Assembly: GCA_964529225.1 (NCBI GenBank)
Contig: CAZGVX010000001.1
Location: 74,020 to 138,019, forward strand
DNA length: 64,000 nt
Direction of reading: 5' to 3'
Origin: an uncultured Sphingobium sp.
GTDB lineage: Bacteria > Pseudomonadota > Alphaproteobacteria > Sphingomonadales > Sphingomonadaceae
Shown here in pieces: positions 57,198 to 64,000 of this stretch. Within the stretch, counting starts at the first letter, position 1, and each line of letters starts with the position of its first letter. The translations under genes and the position numbers were made by a program. The notes beneath the pieces were generated by a model. That model worked only from the letters and a program-made list of their open reading frames with translations. It was not told the DNA's origin and did not search any database.

Positions 57198-59507
57198 TCA
57201 GAACTCGAGCTGCAGTTCAACGCCCCAGGTGCGGTTCGGGATACGGTCGCTGAACCAGAACGGGCCGGCATAGCTCGACCGGACGATGCGACCGCCGCCA
57301 TGGAAGGCGTCGTTGATGAAGGCCGAGATCTTGTATTCCTTCAGCGTGGCCATCCGGCCCGAGAAGGTGATCGAGGCGTCGACGGACGTGTGTGCAGGAA
57401 TGATCTCGCGACCCAGACCCTGCGGATCCTTGCTGGACTCCGTCACATATTTGTCGACGAATTTGATATTCGATCCAAGGACGAGCTGTTTGTCGTTGCC
57501 CAGATCGAACGTGTAATCACCGCCGAAACTGGCATTCCACTCCGGTGCGTAACGCAGCTGCTTGTCCGCGCTGACATCGTTGCCGCTGCCGTCGATGAAC
57601 TCCAGATACTTCGCCTCGAGATAGCCGGCCGAACCGAACAGATGCAGTTCCGGGATCGGACGGATTTGCGTTTCCAGTTCGACACCCCTGAACCGGGCCT
57701 TGCCGGCATTTTCGACGAAGGTGATCGTCGAACTCGGCAGCACGGGGTTGGACCGGATCTGGTCCTCCTGCTTGTTCTTGTAGTCGGTCTGGAACACCGT
57801 GACGTTCACGATTGCCCGGTTGTCCCAGAACTTGGTGCGCAGGCCCAGTTCATAGCTGTCCACCTGCTCCGGGTCATAGGGGCCGATGGTGTCGGGCGTG
57901 GAGCCGGGGCGACCGTTCCAGCCGCCCGAGCGAAAGCCGCGCGACCACGAGACATAGGCCATGATGTCTTCGGCGAGGGTCTGGTCGATCGACACGCGCG
58001 GCGTGAAACGGCTGAACGAAAGGCTCGGGTTGGCGCAGGGCTCGTAAGCGGAGGTGGGATCAGGGCAGAAATAGGGGCCGCCCTCCGCGACGGTGACCGC
58101 TGGCTTGTCGACGTGAAAGTCCTTGGTCTCATGGGTATAGCGCCCGCCGACCGTCAGCCGGGTGGTGGGCGTGATCTTCCAGTAGGTTTCGGCGAAGGCC
58201 GCATAGGACTTGACCTTCTGGCCGGCGCTGAAGGTGTCCACCCGGTTGGCGGGATCGCGATTGGCGTCCGCGACATATACGTCCTGACTGTCAAGCGAAT
58301 AGGTCGACTGGAAATAGTAAACGCCGGCAACAAAGTTGAACATGCCGTCAAACTCGGTGTCTATCCGCAGTTCCTGGCTGAACTGGCTGCCATGCAGGTA
58401 GCGGACCGGGTGAAAGAAGGGCGTGTTCGGTGCAATTGCGTCACCGATGTTGTCGATATCGAGCGCGTCCTGATTTTCCATGTAGCCCGTGACCGACGAA
58501 ATATTGAAGTTATCGCCCTTGTATTTCATGTTGAGCGTCACGTTGTCCGCATCGAGCGGGGCATAAAAGGGGCGGCCCCCGAACGATGCGCGAAAGCCGC
58601 TCGATTCATACTCGTCCTTGTGCGCGGAATAGCAGAGGCCGACATCGCAGGCGAGCTCACCCGGCACAGACTCATTGACCGGGTTCGGATAATGTGAGCG
58701 GTCGCGCAGATGCTCGTAGGTCACGAGGGCCTCGAAAGACTCGCTGGGCGTGAACAGCAGGCTTCCCTGAATGTCGAGCCGCTCGAGGCCGGGCTCGGCG
58801 TCGCCTGTGGTCGCGTCATAGGTGAAGCTGTTGCTGTTGATCGAGAAAATGCCGATCTTTGCGGCGAGCACGTTGGCGATGATCGGCGCGTTGAAAATGC
58901 CCTTGTAATCATTGCGACCATAGGAACCCGCCGTGACGGAAAATTTCGCGCCGAGTTCGCCGGTCGGCCGCGCGCGCTTGATATTTATGATGCCGCCAAC
59001 GGTGTTGCGTCCGAACAGCGTGCCCTGAGGCCCGCGCAGCACTTCAATCGACTCCACGTCAAACAGATCCACAAGGGCGCCGGTGTTGGACGCAAGGAAC
59101 ACGCCGTCGATCGACGTGGCGACAGCGGGCTCGAAAGACCGTTCGATATCGGCAAAGCTGATGCCGCGGATGGAGGCCGACAGGGTCGCACCCGAATATT
59201 GCACTTGGCCGAGCTGGACGTTGGGGATATATTTGGCGACCGACCGGACATCGGGCACGAACCGGCTTTCAAGCGCGGCCCCGCTGATCGCTGAAACCGC
59301 AACGGGCACGCTCTGCACGTCTTCCGTGCGCTGGCGGGCGGTCACCGTGATCTCCTCGATGCCGACCGGGGTGTCTGCGGTGTCGGCGGGCGCTTCGTCG
59401 GCCAAGGCTGGACCGGCCCACAGGCAAGTTGCGGCCAGAGCCGAGAGCTTAAGGCCGTGGAAGCGCCGCGACCGGGCGGCAAGGCGTTTGTCTGTTGTGT
59501 AGCTCAT
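57198..59507 (-). CDS. TonB-dependent receptor 2
   Basis: EEITVTARQR, EVLRGPQGTLFG, C-terminal F; start ATG 59507. Confidence 0.95.
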   Translation of the reverse strand: MSYTTDKRLAARSRRFHGLKLSALAATCLWAGPALADEAPADTADTPVGIEEITVTARQRTEDVQSVPVAVSAISGAALESRFVPDVRSVAKYIPNVQLGQVQYSGATLSASIRGISFADIERSFEPAVATSIDGVFLASNTGALVDLFDVESIEVLRGPQGTLFGRNTVGGIINIKRARPTGELGAKFSVTAGSYGRNDYKGIFNAPIIANVLAAKIGIFSINSNSFTYDATTGDAEPGLERLDIQGSLLFTPSESFEALVTYEHLRDRSHYPNPVNESVPGELACDVGLCYSAHKDEYESSGFRASFGGRPFYAPLDADNVTLNMKYKGDNFNISSVTGYMENQDALDIDNIGDAIAPNTPFFHPVRYLHGSQFSQELRIDTEFDGMFNFVAGVYYFQSTYSLDSQDVYVADANRDPANRVDTFSAGQKVKSYAAFAETYWKITPTTRLTVGGRYTHETKDFHVDKPAVTVAEGGPYFCPDPTSAYEPCANPSLSFSRFTPRVSIDQTLAEDIMAYVSWSRGFRSGGWNGRPGSTPDTIGPYDPEQVDSYELGLRTKFWDNRAIVNVTVFQTDYKNKQEDQIRSNPVLPSSTITFVENAGKARFRGVELETQIRPIPELHLFGSAGYLEAKYLEFIDGSGNDVSADKQLRYAPEWNASFGGDYTFDLGNDKQLVLGSNIKFVDKYVTESSKDPQGLGREIIPAHTSVDASITFSGRMATLKEYKISAFINDAFHGGGRIVRSSYAGPFWFSDRIPNRTWGVELQLEF

Positions 59508-59716
59508 TTCGATGCCCCTCTCACAAGTGAAGACCCCGCGGCCGCGGCGCGCGGGATTTCTGGGGATCGGGTCGGCCAGTCTCATGCAGTGGCCACGCAC
59601 AAGGCCAGGCTGCAAAGCCTGCTTTGCGGCATCTGGTCCGATAACCTCTCCCGACAGATGATTTATAAATCGTGAGCAGCGCGAGGAACTGCGACAATGA
59701 CCAGAGCGCCGAAAGG

Positions 59717-59732
59717 CTATCCTTTTTGATAG
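59717..59732. promoter_or_regulatory. lux-box-like site CTATCCTTTTTGATAG
   Basis: CTATC-N6-GATAG palindrome in TBDR2/TBDR3 intergenic region. Confidence 0.5.
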
Positions 59733-59829
59733 GGTCGGATGCATTGGCTTTACCGTCTTGCTCGACTTGGCACAGACAACTGTGCTCCGAGTGCAACAGT
59801 TTCTCCCGATATTGGCGCAACGGTGACCG

Positions 59830-59876
59830 ACCTGTAACTTAGTGCAGTTCGGCGCGTGCAGGACTTCGCTCATGAT
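59830..59876 (+). promoter_or_regulatory. lux-box-like ACCTGTAACTTAGTGCAGTT plus -10-like CATGAT upstream of TBDR3
   Basis: 14/20 match to V. fischeri lux box ACCTGTAGGATCGTACAGGT; core 23 bp before 59871. Confidence 0.6.
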
Positions 59877-59921
59877 CGTTGCACTTAAATCGCGGGAACG
59901 TCCGCTTTTAGGGGAGGTATT

Positions 59922-62267
59922 ATGGCAACGTTTCGTGCGCGGGTGGCTCTCGCATGTGTTCTTTCCACGTCCTTGACCGGCTGGGCCATGCCCGCCTGGG
60001 CGCAGGATGTCTCGTCAGGCACGGAGCAGGTCGCGGCTGAGGATTTCGGCGCGATCATCGTGACGGCTCGTCGCCGTTCGGAAACGCTCCAGTCGACCCC
60101 GGTCGCGATCACTGCGGTGAATACGGCTATGCTGGAGGCCAAGGCGGCCGTTAACATCGGCGATCTGCAGGGCGCGGCGCCGGGCCTGCTCATCACGCAG
60201 CAGAATTCGGGCGCGCAGGCGGCCAACATCTCGATCCGTGGCCTGACCTATGCCGACATCGAGAAGTCGCAGACGCCGACCGTCGGCGTCGTCGTCGACG
60301 GCGTGACGATCGGCACCAACACCGGCCAGCTGCAGGACGCATTCGACATCGAGCAGCTCGAAGTGCTGCGCGGCCCGCAGGGCACCCTCTTTGGCGCCAA
60401 CACGATCGGCGGCGTCATCAGCATCACGCGCACCAAGCCAACCAAAGACCCCGGCCTCAAGGCGGAGTTCAGCTATGGCCGGTGGAACACGTGGGCTGGC
60501 AAGGCGGTCGCCAACTATGGCGATGGCGAGAACTGGGGCGTCAAGCTGTTCTATTTCCACAATGAAACCGATGGTTTCTATCACAACGCGACACGCGACG
60601 TGAGCTCGGGCTGGAGCAAGGGCGACACCTATGGCGCCAGCTTCCTGTTCACGCCGGTCGGCACTGACCTCGAGATGCAGTTCACGATCGAGAATGTCGT
60701 GCAGAGCTTTGACCCTGTCGTGAGCAATATTGCGAACAGCACGGAGGTGTTCTGCGCCTTCGAGCCGGCGAATGAGTGCAACCGCAACACCACGACCGAT
60801 CTTTACACCGTTTTTCAGGACGAGGCGTCCAGTCACTATCACGCTCCTGACGCCACGCTTCAGTTGAACTATGATCTTGGTGCGGTGAAGCTGACGTCGA
60901 TCACTGGCTGGCGCCACAGCCGCGAGGAACAGACCCAGGATTTCGATGGTTCATCGACCGATCTTTATTATGTTGATCGTCGTCAGCATTACACGCAGTG
61001 GAGCCAGGAGCTGCGTGCGTCGGGTGATTTGATCGAGGGGCTCGACTACGTTTTGGGCGCCTACTACTTCCATTCCGAATATGATCTGACACAATGGTCG
61101 CGCGTGTTCGGCTTTGATCCGACCACTCCGCCCACGCTGTTTGACACCAACTCCCAGCATGTCGAGGGCAAGACCGAAAGCTATGCCTTCTTCGGAGATT
61201 TCAACTGGGCGGTTGTCGACAAGGTGCGCGTGTCCTTCGGTGGCCGCTTCAGCCACGACAACAAGCAGCTGTCCAATGCCTTCGCCGGTGGCAATCTGAT
61301 TGATCCCGCCGATGTGACAGCAAACCAGTTCGTCCCCGTGGGTTCGGGCAAGGCCAATTTCAGCAAATTCTCGCCCAAGGCCGGTATTGACTACCGCCCG
61401 ACCGACAACATGATGTTCTACGCGAGCTGGTCACGCGGCTATCGCTCGGGCGGGTTCAGCCCGCGCGCGGCGACCGCCGATACGGCCAGCACACCGTTCC
61501 AGCCGGAAACCGTCGACTCCTATGAGATCGGTGCCAAGCTTGCGACCGCCGATCGCCGGCTGGAGGTCAACATCGCCGGCTATGTGTCCGACTACAAGAA
61601 CATGCAGCAGAACCTGACGGTGCCCGGCGGTCCGACCGGCAACCAGACGATCACCGGCAACGTGCCGGGCGGCGCGATCATCAAGGGCATCGAGGTGGAC
61701 GGCACGTTCCGGGTCACGCCGCAATTGCGGATCACGGCCTCGGGCGCCTACATGGACTCGCACTTCCGCGATTTCGTGACCTGCGGCGCCTACGCTGCCG
61801 GGGCGGTCGCGACCAACAGTTGCGGCGCCGGACTGGTCCCGTTCGACTATTCGGCGAACAATCTCATCTACGCGCCAAAGTTCACCAGCTCGCTGAGCGC
61901 GGACTATTCGGTCCCGACCAGTTTCGGCAAGGTGAGCGCCAATGTCGGCTGGCGGCATATCAGCCCGTATGACGAGCAGCTGTCCGCCGCCTCTCTGACC
62001 ACCACGACCAACGGCGCCGGGGAGGTTACCGCGGTGACGGTGAACGGCAACGATCCGCGCGTTCGCACCACGACGCAGGATCTGGTGGACGCAAGTGTCA
62101 CCGTCGACTTTACGCTGGGCAATACCGATGCCTATTTCCGCGTATTCGGGCGTAATCTCACCAATGAAAAGACGACCACGCACGCCTTTACCGTCGCGGG
62201 TCTCTGGTCGTTCGGCATGGCGCTCGAGCCGCGCACCTATGGCGCGACGATCGGCATCAAGCTCTAA
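59922..62267 (+). CDS. TonB-dependent receptor 3
   Basis: Signal peptide, IIVTARRR, EVLRGPQGTLFG; RBS GGGGAGG. Confidence 0.95.
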   Translation: MATFRARVALACVLSTSLTGWAMPAWAQDVSSGTEQVAAEDFGAIIVTARRRSETLQSTPVAITAVNTAMLEAKAAVNIGDLQGAAPGLLITQQNSGAQAANISIRGLTYADIEKSQTPTVGVVVDGVTIGTNTGQLQDAFDIEQLEVLRGPQGTLFGANTIGGVISITRTKPTKDPGLKAEFSYGRWNTWAGKAVANYGDGENWGVKLFYFHNETDGFYHNATRDVSSGWSKGDTYGASFLFTPVGTDLEMQFTIENVVQSFDPVVSNIANSTEVFCAFEPANECNRNTTTDLYTVFQDEASSHYHAPDATLQLNYDLGAVKLTSITGWRHSREEQTQDFDGSSTDLYYVDRRQHYTQWSQELRASGDLIEGLDYVLGAYYFHSEYDLTQWSRVFGFDPTTPPTLFDTNSQHVEGKTESYAFFGDFNWAVVDKVRVSFGGRFSHDNKQLSNAFAGGNLIDPADVTANQFVPVGSGKANFSKFSPKAGIDYRPTDNMMFYASWSRGYRSGGFSPRAATADTASTPFQPETVDSYEIGAKLATADRRLEVNIAGYVSDYKNMQQNLTVPGGPTGNQTITGNVPGGAIIKGIEVDGTFRVTPQLRITASGAYMDSHFRDFVTCGAYAAGAVATNSCGAGLVPFDYSANNLIYAPKFTSSLSADYSVPTSFGKVSANVGWRHISPYDEQLSAASLTTTTNGAGEVTAVTVNGNDPRVRTTTQDLVDASVTVDFTLGNTDAYFRVFGRNLTNEKTTTHAFTVAGLWSFGMALEPRTYGATIGIKL

Positions 62268-62287
62268 CGGATCCCGATGGGTTCGCA

Positions 62288-62321
62288 GGGGACGCCTGAT
62301 CGCGGGCGTCCCCACTTTTTT
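62288..62321 (+). terminator. Rho-independent terminator after TBDR3
   Basis: GGGGACGCC / GGCGTCCCC stem followed by ACTTTTTT. Confidence 0.7.
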
Positions 62322-62335
62322 GGAAGGGAAAGTAC

Positions 62336-63100
62336 ATGGCAAGACTGTCCGGCAAAATTGCCCTGGTGACTGGCGCAGCTTCGGTGCCGGGGCTTGGCAG
62401 CGCAACCGCCTTTCGCTTCGCCGAGGAAGGCGCAACGCTCCTCGTCACCGACCTTGACGGCGCTGGCGCCGAACGGATTGCCGCCGATATTCGCGCCAAG
62501 GGCGGCGCCGCCACCGCCATGGCGCATGACGTGACCGATACCGCGCAATGGGACGCGGTGTTCTCGGCGCTGAAGGCCGCGCACGGGCGGCTCGACGTGA
62601 TCGTCAACAATGCCGGTATCGCAATTCTGCGTGCCTATGCCGATTTTTCCGATGCGGACTGGATCAGGCAGAACGATGTCAATCTCCACAGCGTCCATTA
62701 TGGCACGCAGCGTGCCGTCAGGCTGATGCGCGAAGTGGGAGACGGCGGGTCGATCATCAACATCTCGTCGGTCGCGGGGATGATCGGTGTGCAGGGCTGT
62801 GCGGCCTATGCCGCAGCCAAGGGCGGTGTGCGCCTGTTCTCCAAGGCGGTTGCGCTCGAGTGTGCGCGCGAAAGAATCCGCGTCAACAGCGTCCATCCGG
62901 GCATGATCATGACCAATATGCAGAAGGTCGCGCTGGAGGACAATCCGGCGATCTACCAGCAGCTTTCCGACGCGATCCCGATGGGCTATTTCGGCGATCC
63001 GGTCGACATCGCGAACATGAACCTGTTCCTGGCGTCGGACGAAAGCCGCTATATCACCGGGTCGGAATTCGTCGTCGACGGCGGGCTCATCACCCAGTAG
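62336..63100 (+). CDS. SDR, 3-beta-HSD-like
   Basis: TGAASVPGLG, NNAG, YAAAK, NSVHPG. Confidence 0.88.
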   Translation: MARLSGKIALVTGAASVPGLGSATAFRFAEEGATLLVTDLDGAGAERIAADIRAKGGAATAMAHDVTDTAQWDAVFSALKAAHGRLDVIVNNAGIAILRAYADFSDADWIRQNDVNLHSVHYGTQRAVRLMREVGDGGSIINISSVAGMIGVQGCAAYAAAKGGVRLFSKAVALECARERIRVNSVHPGMIMTNMQKVALEDNPAIYQQLSDAIPMGYFGDPVDIANMNLFLASDESRYITGSEFVVDGGLITQ

Positions 63101-63893
63101 CCCGCGCCGTCCAGCGGATCGCGTTTTCCACCAGCCGGCGATAATGCGGGTTGGCATAGGTATCGGGGCCGTCGCCCGGCTGAAGGTAAACGAGGCGGCT
63201 CTCACGCACCTGCCTCGCCCAGCCAATGAGGTTGCTGCCGGGTGGGTGATGCCATCCGTCCCGGCAGTGCATACGCCCCTTGACGGCCAACTCGGCTGAC
63301 CAGAATTGCTCGGCGACGAAAGGCGCGCCCGATCGGAGCAGCGGTGTCACCTCCGCCTCGAAGATCTGTGCCAGATACAGCTCGTCGGTCAGCGTGAAGC
63401 GCGGCGGCAGGCCCGCCGTCACGGGATGGTCCGCCACCACCGACACCTCATGCGTCACATCATGGCGATAGCCGCTGTCGGGCACGTCGGTTCCGCGCAC
63501 GCGGCCAGGACGATAGAGGAACTGGCCACCAAGCCATTCGTGATAGGCTCCCCAGGCGGGCCAGCCCGCCAGGGCGTGATGCAGGGCGACGATGCCGGTG
63601 CCGTTCGCCAGCAGCGCCTCGAACCCTTCCATGAGGGCAGGGGCGGGATCGAGAAAGGCCGGGGCGTCGCCCTCAGCCTCGAAATCGAGGCCAGGCATGT
63701 CGTAGAGCACCAGCACGTCGAACCCGTGCATGCCCTCCGGGTTCATCAGGCGTGCCGCCGCCGGCTGATCGACCATGGTCGCGGCGATGCCGTCCATCGC
63801 CTGAAATATCCCGTCGAAGGCGGTGCGGTCGAACGGGTGGCCGCGCACCGCTACAAGGCACTGGATCGGCGCATGGTGGCGGATGATCGGCAT
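63090..63893 (-). CDS. ThuA-like (class I glutamine amidotransferase fold) protein
   Basis: RGHPFDR, FDVLVLYD, GIVALHHA, DELY, YLQPGD. Confidence 0.72.
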   Translation of the reverse strand: MPIIRHHAPIQCLVAVRGHPFDRTAFDGIFQAMDGIAATMVDQPAAARLMNPEGMHGFDVLVLYDMPGLDFEAEGDAPAFLDPAPALMEGFEALLANGTGIVALHHALAGWPAWGAYHEWLGGQFLYRPGRVRGTDVPDSGYRHDVTHEVSVVADHPVTAGLPPRFTLTDELYLAQIFEAEVTPLLRSGAPFVAEQFWSAELAVKGRMHCRDGWHHPPGSNLIGWARQVRESRLVYLQPGDGPDTYANPHYRRLVENAIRWTARATG

Positions 63894-63913
63894 GGCACGC
63901 GAACTCCGGCTGC

Positions 63914-64000
63914 TCAGATGCCCTTGGGCGCGTGTTGCCGGTGGATGTTGCGGAACGTCCTGCTGCTGAAATACCAGCGCCCCTCGATCTTTACGCAGGT
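63914..64000 (-). CDS. C-terminus of a probable SnoaL/NTF2 protein (begins beyond window)
   Basis: Manual translation TCVKIEGRWYFSSRTFRNIHRQHAPKGI-stop. Confidence 0.55.
   Translation of the reverse strand, partial: TCVKIEGRWYFSSRTFRNIHRQHAPKGI

Noticed and set aside
62311-62326. Box-like CCCACTTTTTTGGAAG
   Set aside because: It is the terminator U-tract and lacks the CT end
1-64000. CRISPR arrays, rRNA, tRNA, sigma-54 promoters, luxI
   Set aside because: No regularly spaced repeats, RNA-gene signatures, TGGCAC-N5-TTGC or AHL synthase motifs found by eye

Overview
GC-rich alphaproteobacterial (sphingomonad-like) chromosome. 1-14.9 kb is mostly housekeeping: the start of a capsule/EPS locus (GT4, Wza-type exporter), mobA, DUF1674, rsmB, rpe, a heparinase II/III-like gene, purH, a LuxR solo, and a LysR-controlled valine/isobutyryl-CoA cluster (mmsA...mmsB). 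From about 14.9 kb to past the window end lies a ~49 kb catabolic region. It has 3 TonB-dependent receptors, 5 alpha-only Rieske oxygenases, a CYP101B-like P450, a KstD-like flavoprotein, a GMC oxidoreductase, an acoABC-like TPP complex, 3 acyl-CoA dehydrogenases, an APH kinase, a thiolase/DUF35 pair, a CoA ligase, 3 NADP-dependent enone reductases, 6 SDRs plus one SDR remnant, 6 SnoaL/NTF2 genes, TetR and a second, atypical LuxR solo. Main original observation: a 16-bp lux-box-like motif, CT(A/G)-N3-T-rich-N-(C/T)AG, recurs at nearly every operon-start intergenic region of this region. In six promoters it sits 23-24 bp upstream of a plausible -10, and it is doubled head-to-head at the promoter of the atypical luxR. 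This points to a LuxR-solo regulon for uptake and breakdown of an unknown, probably cyclic and hydrophobic, compound. Product names come from motif recognition only; no searches were run. No integrase, IS, tRNA or CRISPR was seen.
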